Assembly: GCA_002633005.1 (NCBI GenBank)
Contig: NMRA01000320.1
Location: 126,720-190,719 of the forward strand
DNA from: Phoronis australis
Taxonomy: Eukaryota > Animalia > Phoronida
Length of the DNA: 64,000 nucleotides
Direction of reading: 5' to 3'
A program made the translations under genes and the position numbers. Positions within the stretch are counted from its first letter, which is position 1. Every line of letters begins with the position of its first letter. Positions 15,301-27,499 of the stretch are shown here, in pieces. The notes under the pieces were generated by a model. That model was not told the DNA's origin. It did no database searches and worked only from the letters and a program-made list of their open reading frames with translations.

Positions 15301-18300
15301 GCATCACTAAACTTGACACAAGAATAATTCTCAGAGTGCAAATTACAATCAAACATAAATGCCAATTTGAAATCTCAAAACCAAAATGGATTCAATTTTT
15401 CTAACAGGTGATGCTGTCGTTGTATTTTCACAATTTGAGACTGCGTGTGTTTAAGAATAACGCCTATCTTTCCCAAATTTCTCCCTGGTCAATTAAGACG
15501 CTACCCACCCTCATTGCAAGCCAACTCACCGTGGCAGAAGTGATGAAGGAGGTGCCTTGCTCCTTGGCCGTCACTGTTAGGGAATAGGACCGCTCGAGTA
15601 TATTCTCATAGTCGACGGTTTTCTGCAGCAGAATCTCCCCATTCTGTTGCAGGGAGAACTTGTTGTCTGCGTTACCATCAGCGAGCAGCTCGTACACTAG
15701 AGGGCGTGACTGGAACGATTTGGCACGAATGGTAGTCACTCTGAAAAGATCAAACCACTCTAGCACCATCTAGTATAAACAGGTTAAGGCATGGATTATA
15801 ATCCAATACAAAAAAGCGAGCAGTCAACAGTTGGCTATCCATTCAGATCTCAATATCGTCTACTAAAACTGATGAAATTGTAAAACAATGTATCTTAGAT
15901 CATACATCATACGCACGTCTGGGCAAAGGTTGCTTACATCTCCTGTGAACAATGCTGCGTGAATCTGAGAGACTCGGTATTGTCATTACAACCAATCGAA
16001 AGTCCATACAATGCTTAACACAGCCTAAAACATTAACAAACAAAATCTCAGATTTCTCAAATGTATTTCACACTATCACTCACAAAGTGTTGACCTTCTG
16101 GTCCTCCTTGACCTGTGCCTTGTACGTATCCTCCATAAATTGCGGTGCACGTTCGCCTACTTTGATGCTGACCTCCTTGGTCACTGACCTTTGAATAGTA
16201 GGGGCGGCACCTTCGTCTTGAGCATAGACCTTCAGCTTGTACTCAACACCTGGCGTGTGATTGTCGTTATTGTTGGTTATCCAGCCAGTGGTTGGGTTGA
16301 GATTAAAGTTAGCAGAGTCCCCATCTGGATCAGTGAGTCAAAAATACTAGGTAAGCAATGGGAAGAAAGTTAACAGCATAACGGAATTATGACAACAAAA
16401 GATAATCATAATCACGACGACAAAAATTCAGAAACATTCTTGAATGTTTTACTGAAAGCACGTTTCCCATGATGAGGGCAAGTGCAGACAAGAGCCACAC
16501 CCCTTGAATGCAAATTACCTCAGCTCATAGCTCAAGTCTGCAGTAAAGTGAATCGCGAGGCTTTGAGGAGAGCGTCTCACTTGGTGGCTTTCTTCCATTT
16601 GGTGTGCACAATGGTCACAGCATGTGGGTGAAGTGAACTATATGCTTAGCGGATTACCTTCTGTAGCCAATGAAAATGGATTATTACATTGCCTGGCTAT
16701 AACAAATCTCTCTTGCTGGCTTACTGTAATCATGTGTACTGCATTGACACTGTTTACTACAAACGTAATAAATAGATCAGTGAGAATTTTGCTCGCTGTG
16801 TGCAGGCAACCCGCATCGAGCAATGAGTCTAGTTATACTTCACTAGAGGATGACAGGTCAGCTCACAGCTTCTCAGCAAATGTCAAAATACTGCCATGTA
16901 ATTCTTCAATACAAAAATAGACACTTCTTAATGACTCAAATCACTGCGCAAGTACAAAGTCTTCCTAAGGAGACTCCAAAAACAGCATTAGCCATAAATG
17001 TCAAGCAAACTGTGGTTATCAAAGTATCATGTATTTATGTTATGGTAGTGCTTGCCTATTAGTAGCACCTGTTTCACCATTGAAATAAAATATACCTGTT
17101 TCCATGTAGAACATGACTTTGCTTGTTGTGTCAGGGTCGGTGGCACTCAGCTGAAACACATTTATGTTTTTTGGTGTATTAGCACCAACGGTGGCCAACA
17201 TGGTTTCTGGTCTGTTTGTGAACCTTGGTATCTCATCATTAACATCGGTCACGACTATTTCAACATCAACGGTCTCACGGACTAGAACAGAAATAGACGA
17301 GACAATGTAATAATATTGAAAAACAGGAAGTAAAAAAACGAGAGCACCTGAATTGCTACTACATTCAAAGTCAATTTTTTAAAACATTGTCTTCACCAAA
17401 TGTGAAGCACATTTCTTCTGCTCTGCAAAGTGTTGTTTCGTGATGTTCACAGAAACACTTTGCAAAACAGAAAAACTATATTACAGAACTCAACTTCAAT
17501 GACAAGCAAGCACCACAACAGGTCAAGGTTCAACTTTACTTGATTAGAGCATGGCAACTTTTGAAGTCAACACAATGTGAAGCCAAGTGAAATTCAACAA
17601 GAGTCAAAAATCACAGTAGCTATAGGATGGCATAGGAGCATACTTGTGGTCCAACTTAAACACCTGCTTTTAAGATTGGAGGTTTTAGTGCACACAGTGA
17701 CATGGCACTAATTAGGTCAAGGAGAGGTAATAAACTTAAAACTTGAATACCGCAAGTAAGTGACTGTGAATCTTTCCGACCATGGTGGTATCACGTGTAA
17801 TAAGAAATTCTAACTCAAGAACTTAAACAATGGTGGCACAGCATGGGGCCTTAAAGTTTGCATACAATTCCATTCTGGAATATTTGTGTAATTTCCTCTT
17901 TGATTTATCAAAATTATGGTAAAGTTTCTTCAAAATCTTAACTATTTTTTATTTTTCAAATGCTCAGCGTATTGCCAAAACTGTTCAAAATTTCAGAGTG
18001 TTTGTTCAAGACAGCCGTAGAGTATAGTTTTCAAATGATTAAGAAAAATTGTCTTCTTCTTTGCTTGTGTTAAAAATTTTGATAAAAAAATATTTTTCTA
18101 TTCCGTCAATGTGTCTTAATCTGATGAAACTTTACCATATGTTCCTGCTATTTTCGCTCTAGCAGCAAGAAAAGAAGCTGCCTGTTCAGATGAACTTCTT
18201 AATGTTTTCAAATGTAACCTTATCTTTGACCATTACCAGACATAACCTTAGAGGGTGGAAATGTCAGAGTTCATAGGAGCACTTAAAACGTACACACATC

Positions 18301-21300
18301 TGCAGACATGTCATACACATGTGAGCCAAATGTCCAGTCATCAGAATTAAATACATAGGCTAGGTGACGAGTTAGCCAAACTGGGTTCAACCACATGAAT
18401 ACCACACTGCTGTAGTGTTCCTCAGTTTAAACAGAAGCTCCTCAACAGCACACAGGGAACTGAATGGTGCACCTTCTCTAATCCATTTTAGTAACTATCC
18501 AATTATACAGCAGTGTGTCTGAAGACACCAAACATTAAACCTTCAAGAAGGTATATATAAGTTGTGAGGAAAGTGTCATTTTCTTCATCATATATTCAAA
18601 AGTATCAAAAGCAAAAATTTAGAATGCCATGCTGACAGTAGTTTCACATTATTGGTACTATTAGTTTGAGGTTTTCAACACTAGGTGGTTAATTCACCAT
18701 AAAACACAATAAAGCACCACTCTGAGCCATCACAGATTCTGTAATCACAGGGAGATACAATAATTCTTTGAACACCACTAAACTGGCAGATACCAAGGGA
18801 TTGCACAACAGAACTATCTTCCAACTTTATCTATTGTGTTTTCACAACAAGCTGACAAAAGGGGCTTCAATGAAAATTCTTAACCAGAACATTTGTCTAT
18901 TGTGTTTATGAAGACAATATTGGCTACTGGCCCATTTAGAAACAAATTTATTGGATTTAACTGTCAAACCAATCAACTATCACTTCTTTGCAACCAAAAC
19001 ACCGGTTTTAACAAGACTTTGCAACATTTTTTATGAAAGCTTTTTGACATCAAAAATAGGTGCGTGGTTGGAATTTGATGATTTATTCACCTGCAACTTC
19101 TTGTGATATAATGAAAGGGACATTATTGGGTTTTTCAGTCAGAAAATGAATTTTCATGAATACAATGTTGGATGGTTAGACTTTGAAAGTTATTAGTTTT
19201 GACCAGAGCTACAAAAAAATTAAATCCGATGCTTTTGCGAGTTCATTACAAGTCGTCAACTCTCCCCGTTGCCTGCCAGACATTTGTTGAAATCAAGGCA
19301 GGTGACTATGCTAGTCAAGCATGTCTAAAACACTGATGATAGTTACAGTGCCAGTAGGTCCCTAACAACATTTCAACATGTCTACATTAAATTGCTACAA
19401 CCCATAACCAAGGCTCTCGTGACACAAAAAAGACAGACGCTCTATAACCATGAGTCAGAGTAATCCTGAAAAGTGGTAAAGCAAACCCCTGTCTCTAAGT
19501 AACACAATGCTTCAAAAATGTCAACAGCCTAAGGATTAAGTCACCCATATACTTGCTTTTGATATTCACATGTCAGGGCTGCCAAGTATTTGCACTGGGT
19601 TTCAGTACGAATTTAAAAAACAAATGAATGCATTTTTCCTCCTCATAACTGATAAGGTATCAGGTAACAGCAAGTTTGCAAGGACCAATAAATGAGATAA
19701 TAAGGACCTGTTTTACAGGCGGTAGGTTATTTATAAGACACTTAAAGACCGGGAAAAATTGCAAACATGCACGAAACTGTAAACGGCAGTAAGCTCCAAT
19801 TTTTAAGAAGCCAGGGATTCTAACAGAAGCTAGTCTTTAAACAGGAGCCAGTGATTCTAAAAAAAACCCTACCCTTCAAACAGAATCAAAATCCCTCAAA
19901 ACGTTTTGAGCAATTGAATAAGAGTCATCTTTCATGAAAAGATAAACAAGAGCAACCCAAAGCAACGAAATGTGCCCACCACTGCACCGCAAATGATTTG
20001 CATTCAGGCATGCTCATTAGTGTCACAAAATGGCCACTAGATGGCGCAGACTACGTCACACCTGTCCAAAAATGGGAAGACGTCACTGTTCTGGGAACCA
20101 TCACGTGGTCCAGTAAGATGTCTCGTGTGGAAGGATCGGAAAATGATCATTCACTTTCTCCAAGAAATCTACACTTGTCAAATGGAGACAGTGTCTACTG
20201 TTCCATGATTCGTGAATATTATCCTAACTTGGAACTAAAAGACTGCCGTCTCCTTCACAGAAACTAAAAACTGAATCCCCGAATTTCACAAAAATCCACC
20301 GATGAACTCTGAAGATACAGAAGTTGAAGGACGTCTCAATCTGAACTATGGTCTTAGCTGACTAAGACTGAAATTATGCCAGTTTTTGGCATAGTTGGCC
20401 ATTCTGCCTACATTTTCGCTACCTGTTACAAATTGAGAACACAAAACTACTGAATTTAGCCGAATGCACCTACATGTGAAGCCTGTGCTTACATGTGAAA
20501 CACAACAGCATGTGATTGCAAGCGAACCACTTGGGCAGTTTGAATTAACCAACAATTGGCACAAAAAACCTTTGAAAGCATACATAATTTTAATTTTTTG
20601 TACAAGGGCCTAGGTAAGCATCTAAATCCCAGGCGAGGTAATGAGTGAAATCCACTAGGCGAAAACCAACATGTTTTGCTAAATGANCCCAGGGCGGTTG
20701 CCTGTCGTAATAAGCGCCCATGTTCGGTTAACCGCCCACCCTGGATTTCTTGAAATTTCACGTTTAAGCGCCCGTGTCTGGTTAACCGCCCACCCCCCAA
20801 TTTTTTGGGTTTGCCAATTTAACCGCCCAGGGCGTTAACCCGAACGATTACGGTAAATCCCCGAATTTCACAAAAATCCACCGATGAACTCTGAAGATAC
20901 AGAAGTTGAAGGACGTCTCAATCTGAACTATGGTCTTAGCTGACTAAGACTGAAATTATGCCAGTTTTTGGCATAGTTGGCCATTCTGCCTACATTTTCG
21001 CTACCTGTTACAAATTGAGAACACAAAACTACTGAATTTAGCCGAATGCACCTACATGTGAAGCCTGTGCTTACATGTGAAACACAACAGCATGTGATTG
21101 CAAGCGAACCACTTGGGCAGTTTGAATTAACCAACAATTGGCACAAAAAACCTTTGAAAGCATACATAATTTTAATTTTTTGTACAAGGGCCTAGGTAAG
21201 CATCTAAATCCCAGGCGAGGTAATGAGTGAAATCCACTAGGCGAAAACCAACATGTTTTGCTAAATGATTCCCTGGTCGAAAACAATATGTTCACTGTAA

Positions 21301-24300
21301 GTGGTTAAAGTAAAATTATGTAGACAATCACCTCCGAAGGCAGTTAGTTTGATCAATGACTTTTGATTCAAGTTCAACAAATTGTTTTCTTAACAGGATC
21401 AATGAAGTCGCACCTATAGCTGCAATTGTTTAGGAATGAAAAACGGCAAAGACTTGGCATGGCTTCCAAACAGAATCCATTTAGTAACAAAAGGGTTTAG
21501 CACGTCAATATTACCCTGTGAATATAGGGGCGGAAAAAGCATTGTTTGAATCGAACAAAACATTCCAGCTAGATCGTTTAATTTCAAACTGAAATATGCC
21601 ATAAAAACTTGTCAACCAATCTCAACACAGGGACGGACCACAACCAATCTCAACACAGGGTTGGACCACAACACTAGAGGAGAAAAACAGTGAATAACAA
21701 GTAATGAGCATGTGTAAAGTTCACAAGAGCTGCCCACTGCCTGGCTGATAGGACCTGAAACAGCATACCTAGTACATGAGTCAAAGGTATTGGGTCATAC
21801 CCCACTGACAACAGATAATGACATAGGTAATGTAAGGTATATCCTTGGTAAACAAATTAAGACAAGCTGTATTCACCAAGAAGGCCTGGTAATGACAAAT
21901 AAGCACTCATAACCACTGAAGCATATTTCAACATAAAAACCTTTGTCCAATGAGTTACATCACAAAAGAATCCACCTATTAGGTACATCATAAATGTACA
22001 AGAACTCCATAAAATATGGCAAAAATTCCTGTTTGGCCAATCTCAATTTTGGAACACCGAAATCCAAGTTGAAATTGAATTTTCTTGATTCTGAAGACTG
22101 AGACACGGGCAGTTTTGGTGCTCACAATATTTCTAAAAATTTTTTCTCCTAATAATTGACTTGTCAGTTCTTAAAATTTGTAGAAAATAGCAGCCAATGC
22201 AATATTGTCATGTATCCTATCAAGGTGAATGACTACCATTCGATGACCCTAATCTTGAATTTGGAACGACCAACATAGCTCGATTTGGTACAAGCTCTGA
22301 CCTTGAGCAAAATGAAAAATCCTTCACTGTCTCAAAGTGGAGAATTTTTACTGCAGTATTTCATTCTTGTGTATTGATATGGAGACAGACAACAAGATCT
22401 ATACACAAAACATCTAGGAAATCCCATCACCATACCACAGGCTCACAGGAAAAAATAGAAACATCAGTAAATAAAAAACCATAAATGAGAAAGACAGTAT
22501 ATGGAGGTTTCTGTCTACTTTAATCAACAGGTTTTTAGAATGGATGGCAGTGCCAACAAAATCACTGTTTTAAAGACAGCTTTTATTATATAATTAACAA
22601 GGAATTCAATCCTCAGATGTCTACTGTAATTGAATCAATTACTGCTTCTTGTAGGTCTTCAGAGGAAGCTGAGACCACAGATCAAACAAGTAATAAACAA
22701 TTTCCTAATGAGCATTGTGTAACCTAGCCCCACAGGACACAGATTAAGAGGGGGGGGCTGAAATGTCCACCATACCAGGGGCACATTGTTAATGTACTGA
22801 GAAAACAGGTTTGTCACATGAGCACATTAAGTTCAGTTGGACCCTGGAAAAATGGCAACGAGAAGTGGCTTATTGTATGCATATGAAACTTTCAGATTCT
22901 GTGCACTGTTTTCCAAAATGCCCTTAGGAATTATTTTGAAAACAAGGCGTCTGAATATCGACCCATTTCCCCACGAAAAATACTTAAAAATCATGTGAAA
23001 TTCCAAATCAAGCCCAAAAGTTCCCATCTATTAATTAAAAGTTCCAATCAATGTTAGATCCTCTTATGGCTACTTGAGACAAGGAACGCTGTTATGAGAG
23101 TTGGTGACCACTGACCAGGTGCTGACTGGGGGGAAGTGAGGGTCCTGAGAAATGTTTCACAACGCACTACGGGGTATCAGAATAAGATTTTTATGAAAAA
23201 ATTAAAAAGCTGCATAAACGAAAATGAAATAACTTTGAAACTGCAACAGTTTTTCTTAAGATTTCATCTTAAACATACATCAAACATGGTATTGACACAA
23301 CACTTTCACTAGATATCAAAGTACATTTTTGCTAACATACCAAACAATGGGAGAAGATTGGTATAAAGTCAAAAATCACATCCTACAGGCCGTCTTCTTT
23401 CAGAAAACATATTTTTTACTATGTTCTTGTCAATAAGCTATTACATAACCGTTAAATATTAGCAGAAGAAGTTTGGCCGGCTTGTTCCCATTTTCTGAAC
23501 TACAAGACGGTTTTCAAGAAATCATGTATACATCCTGAAATATTAACGATAGGGAACTAATGGTAAATACAAAAACCCTTATGTGAACCTCAGTGTGAGT
23601 AAATATTTCAAAGTGCTCAAAAATTTAACAAGCCAGTCAATTCAAATACACCACAGCAAATAGTTTTCAAAAGCAACAAATTGATTTTAAGTTCCCAGGC
23701 ATACAATGGCAATTGGCAGTAACTACCATACTACCTTACTTGTCAAAGTTTATGCCCACAGTGCTAGACTGAGTGTTTAAAAAATCACGGGGTGTGGTTA
23801 AGACAAGTACGGACATCTAAAAACAAATTTTTGAGAAGTCATGGTGGTTTTTTACTAGAATGGTCGATTGGTAATTTTTTATCAGAATGGTAGCTTCTTT
23901 CACACAAACACCAAGACAAGAAGTATAATACATAAGCAGGAGAGTCAAACTACAGAACCATTTCACACTTCCTAAATGCAACAAGTGGGAAATTTTCTGT
24001 CCTAATATTGCATAATGCAGCAGAAGCTGGCTGTTTATAACACAAAGGTAAGTAAGGGAATGGAGTATTTTTCAGGAGCTAAGATTCTCAAGATTCCGCT
24101 GTTGTTCAGGGGGAAGGGGTACAGATGTTGGACATTTTGTGGGTGGGCCACTACAATGAACATGGGTGTTAGCTAGGACAAATACAGTAACAACTGAGCT
24201 TACATAATGACTAACAGCCAGAAGGAGTTAGCAGGCCTGTACTAATGTATCAGAAATGTCATGGCAACTCTTTTTCTGACTTTCTTACAGTCTATGTCAG

Positions 24301-27300
24301 TCCTAAACAAGAAGATTGATAATGCCTGGAACACAGCGACCTTTCAAACAAAACCTAACATTTCAATGTTGGACTGTATGTGACTTTTCACTAATAACAA
24401 TTGCCACTGAACCAAAAATTTGGTCTGCCATTGTCTGCAAGGCTTCTACTATGTTACTGAACAAAAAACCACCACCCCTATAAAAACAATAGAGGCTGCG
24501 CATAGCATATTTCAAAAGCAGCACAGACCTAGTCATACTGTTAAACAAACATTATGGTCTCTTCATAGTCCACTCACAACTTTGGCAGACAGAGGAATGA
24601 CTTCATTAACTCCATAAAACATGCCATTGACTGAGAGCAGCTATTCAATTGGTGAGGGTGAGGCCAGACAAGACAGGAAAACATATGACAAGATGTTCCA
24701 ATTATATCTTTATACCTTATCTCTTCCTGATAATATCTAAGCTAATTTCAGCAACAGAGCGAATCAGACTGTTCTACATAAAGCTAAATTCCATATCCTA
24801 AAATTTAACAACATAAGGAGATGATATTTTTAAAACAAGAAGATGGAAAGTAACTCTTTCATATACGTTTTTGTGTTTTCAACAATACTGGAAATTTTAC
24901 TGTAAATAGACAACAGCTTCTTGTACGTATTAAATGACAACAGAAACTGCTTTTAAAAACAAGTAAACGGAAAGTTGCGCTTAAACACTATTTTCAGCAA
25001 CAAAGACTGGAAGCCATTTTCAGCTGTTCAGCAAACATGCCAGGGAATCCTTTTGCTTAAGTGCTCAAGAGAGGGAAATGAGGATTTAAATATTATCTCA
25101 GATGACCAACATATGGCATGGGTATACTGGAAATAGATGTTGATTGCCTTTGGCCTGCTAGCCAATTGACTGTTATGGAAGATTGTGTAGGGAACAAGTA
25201 TAATTTAATAAGAGTTAATTGATTACTATGCCAATTACAAATCAATTACACCTCTCAAGTAGCCAGCCATTAGCTTTAAAAACATTTATGGAATTCGTAA
25301 GCCTCATACACTGGTCTTAAATTTTCTAATATTCAATTTTTTCTATACTACAAAGCAGTATTGAAGCACGATTTGTGAGTGAAACAAACAACGTTTACGA
25401 AAATAAAAAACTAATCACAGCCCTCTGGTGTTTGCCTAACAATTTGGACTAATGTCTACTTCCTTTAGCATTCGGAGCACGTTGTTGTGTGCAATATTGT
25501 AGTAACTTGGATTTTTACCCAGTCGCCAAACACTGGCAAGCAATTACTTTAAAAAGTTGAGCGACTTGATGCATTTAGGACACATTCGATTGAGGGCATG
25601 ATAGAAACAATGTATGAATGGTGCTGGAAACAACTTCTCCAGGAAACTTCACTAATACTTCACAAGAATGACAATGTCTGCCACAAACTGGGCATACAAA
25701 TGTGATTTATAATGAAAATCTTTTTGTCTTAAAATATATTCCTAGGTCATCCACAGCAGGGGTTACTACCATTACTAATTTCGGAAGGCACAGAAGCCAA
25801 CAAACCATGGTTTTCCTACATATGGTAACCATGGAAGTTTTACAATGCATTTCTAAATGACCTAAAATGAAATAGCTCACTTTTTACTTTAATGCAGTAA
25901 AAAATGTTCAGAAAATCCTTTTATATGATCTTCGGTTGATGTGTAACCTTTCAATTTCAATTCTGATGGCGCCTTAACAAAAGAGTGATTTTTTTAATCC
26001 ATTCCAGTAAGATTCTGGAGAAAAGTACAACTACAAATAACAACCATAATTTTAGAGATAACATGTTCAGAAGTTGGTCAAATTTTTCACATTCCATTCT
26101 TAAGTTTTTTCACCTTTGGATTCTCGCAACACTAAAATTAGGAAATTGCAAAAACAAATTCACAGTGTTCATTAGAAATAAATCCATCTATTTCAAGTGA
26201 ATGAACAGTACTCAGGCAATATCAAAGAGTAGACAGAAGCAGTTTCAACATGACATACTTACAATTGGAATCGGAGTCTCGTTTGATCACCACATTCAGA
26301 AGGTAACCCTTTCTGTTTTGGCTCAAATTAGGTGCAGATTCATAGTCCAATTTCTTTCCAGACTTCAATGACAAGTCACCATTTTGGTTGTTGAGATCGA
26401 AGAGATCGCTTGCAGTCATGGTAAACCGATTCAGGTTGCTTACAGAGGGCGCTTCAACACGGACAAGCAATCCTGGTGACTGGTCCTCACGAACCTGATG
26501 TGTTTTGACAGCATCCGCTCTACGATGACGGCTCAATACTTTTGGTTGATATCTCAGATTACCTTCACTGTTGACTTCGATGCTGATTAACGCTTTCGTG
26601 ACATGACCAACAGAATCGGTGACAGAAACAGGAAGCTGATAAGTTTTATCCATCAAAGCTTTTTTATTCTTAACAATAACATTTCCTGTGTCGGACTCCA
26701 CTTCAAAAATCAAACTATGATCAACCAATCGAAATAAAAGCTTGTCATTTGCATCCATGTCAAAGGCCTTAAGAGTTAAAGCAACATTAGTGTCTGGAAT
26801 GTCTGATGGTTTGACAGTATAAATAAAATTCCCAAAAGCTGGAAAGTTGTCATTGTCATCAACAACGATGATGGAGATTGTTGTCTGAGCAGTTTCCCAT
26901 GTGTCTCGATTAGACGCCTGGACTTTAAATTTGTAGTGTGAAGTTAATTCACGGTCCAAAGACTGTGTCGCTTTTACCTGAACACTATTTCCATTAACTT
27001 CTAAAACAAACGGTAATGATTTTTCAGTAACAATGGAGAATGTGACTTTATCACTGAATCCCTGTGATTTCACAGAGATATCAAGTCCCGAAGCAATGGT
27101 ATTTTCAGGTTCATTTTCTTTGATGGTTCCAGTGTATGTTGATTGTTGGAAGACTAACACATTACCACTGCTAATAACATGAATGCTGATATACTCCTTC
27201 CAAGTGCTTGTTCCATCTGTCGCATCAAGACACATACTTAAAAATTTGTCAGCAAGTTCTGATATGTCTTGCGTGGTAATTAGGTCATCCACGTCTGTCA

Positions 27301-27499
27301 ATGTGAAAAACTTTGACAGTTCCTTACTCAGCTCATCGCCAAGTGAATATTTTACCCCCGATTCCGCTAGAGATAATATAATGTGTCCCGGGTCTGCATC
27401 CTGTGGAACTGTCGCACGCCTCATGCTTTTAGCGAATGAGAATACAACGCCGAAATGCAAGGCTGTAAAAAACACAAGCCCCTTCAGCAAAGCGGCCAT
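168..27499 (-). CDS. CadN: Type III classical cadherin (DN-cadherin/neural cadherin-like); 21 coding exons in window (~5467 nt, ~1820 aa); 3' part continues beyond base 1
   Basis: Signal peptide (MAALLKGLVFFTALHFGVVFSFA), RHRR furin site and many cadherin repeats (DxNDN, LDRE/LDYE, AxDxD). Motifs VGERAPQF...IRAKSF and DDGSCC...FPNCSVYSPKVMEG resemble Drosophila DN-cadherin as recalled. All 20 internal junctions are GT-AG and frame-consistent. Confidence 0.88.
334..490. repeat. ~72-bp tandem duplication abutting the exon 21 acceptor
   Basis: gaagaagtgatgaagtaagcttgggt...tacagagtat occurs twice. Confidence 0.85.
1274..1512 (-). CDS. CadN: Cadherin exon 20 (TIDYE...DYNDNTP...)
   Basis: Within ORF 1210-1623. 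Confidence 0.88.
2062..2297 (-). CDS. CadN: Cadherin exon 19 (ASATATIDISDINDNPP...)
   Basis: Within ORF 2038-2343. Confidence 0.88.
2864..3079 (-). CDS. CadN: Cadherin exon 18 (DTTVMSVSATDADEG...LDRE)
   Basis: Within ORF 2835-3092. Confidence 0.9.
3600..3930 (-). CDS. CadN: Cadherin exon 17 (VSATDAD...LDRD...DINDNTP)
   Basis: Within ORF 3595-4002. Confidence 0.9.
4598..4768 (-). CDS. CadN: Cadherin exon 16 (EYTLNYQVSD...DTNDNAP)
   Basis: Canonical sites; DTNDN motif. Confidence 0.88.
5040..5285. repeat. 55-bp minisatellite x4.5
   Basis: Unit gcccagacaataatacaaagccagtcaggattgtattattttttatacatttatt. Confidence 0.95.
6889..7016 (-). CDS. CadN: Cadherin exon 15 (QLTYSITGG...LDYE)
   Basis: Within ORF 6775-7044; GTGAG donor. 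Confidence 0.85.
7282..7422 (-). CDS. CadN: Cadherin exon 14 (TCNVIININDLNDNAP...)
   Basis: DLNDN motif; GTAAGT donor. Confidence 0.88.
8089..8263 (-). CDS. CadN: Cadherin exon 13 (VSYSI...FDRE...ASDGAQS...GPNT)
   Basis: FDRE motif; GTGAGT donor. Confidence 0.87.
8441..8666. repeat. 44-bp minisatellite x5
   Basis: Unit tgtggtgtgaatgggctgacagccctcgtggaaaccagaactga. Confidence 0.95.
8900..9115 (-). CDS. CadN: Cadherin exon 12 (...IDKNDEVPVF...ASDED)
   Basis: Overlaps ORF 8855-9064; canonical sites. Confidence 0.85.
9432..9600. repeat. ~44-bp minisatellite x~4
   Basis: Unit gtaacaggaagcacatcccaacatctcatacgagtatgagcagc. Confidence 0.92.
9648..9826 (-). CDS. CadN: Cadherin exon 11 (ATSQNTGG...GETPETN...LDYEK)
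   Basis: Manual translation; LDYE motif; GTAAGT donor. Confidence 0.85.
10481..10673 (-). CDS. CadN: Cadherin exon 10 (QEDYRLKVKATDKG...)
   Basis: Within ORF 10476-10685; GTTAGT donor. Confidence 0.85.
11271..11726 (-). CDS. CadN: Cadherin exon 9 (VKAVDDDRG...DINDNPP...DKDLLA)
   Basis: Within ORF 11220-11744; canonical sites. Confidence 0.9.
12267..12541 (-). CDS. CadN: Cadherin exon 8 (contains DDGSCC)
   Basis: Within ORF 12168-12605; canonical sites. Confidence 0.88.
13536..13792 (-). CDS. CadN: Cadherin exon 7 (PLDYD...KNVNDLAP...ARDLDGD)
   Basis: Within ORF 13471-13824; canonical sites. Confidence 0.88.
14061..14163 (-). CDS. CadN: Cadherin exon 6 (VTAQDRDSGVNSELTY...)
   Basis: AxDxDxGxN motif; canonical sites. 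Confidence 0.88.
14207..14288. repeat. Degenerate CAA/CAG low-complexity tract
   Basis: cagcagcagcaacagcaaac...caacaacaacaa. Confidence 0.7.
14799..14910 (-). CDS. CadN: Cadherin exon 5 (VSVTVVDENDNDPSF...)
   Basis: DENDN motif; tag acceptor, GTAAG donor. Confidence 0.88.
15530..15740 (-). CDS. CadN: Cadherin exon 4 (VTTIRAKSF...VDYE...TSAT)
   Basis: Within ORF 15464-15769; AG/GTGAGT. Confidence 0.88.
16084..16324 (-). CDS. CadN: Cadherin exon 3 (GDSANFNL...VGERAPQF...KVNT)
   Basis: ccag acceptor restores the frame; GTGAGT donor; not in the ORF track. Confidence 0.82.
17096..17281 (-). CDS. CadN: Cadherin exon 2 (RETVDVEIVVTDVNDEIPRF...MET)
   Basis: ttctag acceptor, GT donor, phase 1/1. 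Confidence 0.88.
20031..20047 (+). promoter_or_regulatory. CTCF-consensus motif in cadherin intron 1
   Basis: TGGCCACTAGATGGCGC matches the CTCF core CCASYAGRKGGCRS. Confidence 0.5.
20274..21268. repeat. ~413-bp direct duplication (20274-20686 / 20856-21268) flanking the N at 20687; probable haplotype/assembly artefact
   Basis: Essentially identical copies; duplicated ORFs in the track. Confidence 0.9.
20688..20855. mobile_element. Right end of a non-autonomous DNA transposon/MITE ending ...TTACGGTA
   Basis: GC-rich internal repeats (aaccgcccacc, aagcgccc) and terminal TACGGTA; truncated by the N. Confidence 0.6.
21615..21673. repeat. ~27-bp tandem duplication
   Basis: aaccaatctcaacacagggNNggaccac occurs twice. 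Confidence 0.8.
26263..27499 (-). CDS. CadN: Cadherin coding exon 1 (signal peptide, prodomain repeats, RHRR site, start of first mature repeat)
   Basis: 425-aa ORF 26222-27499; donor GTAAGT at 26262; phase 1. Confidence 0.9.

Noticed and set aside
16325-16348. Alternative upstream acceptor for cadherin exon 3 at 16347
   Set aside because: Out of phase with exon 2; the cadherin frame there contains TGA
20346-21295. Duplicated 79-aa ORFs
   Set aside because: Product of the gap-associated duplication; no protein motif
4769-26262. Mutually exclusive duplicated exons as in arthropod DN-cadherin
   Set aside because: No second cadherin-motif exon was seen by eye in any intron, and the 21 exons form one continuous frame; a tBLASTn self-search would be definitive
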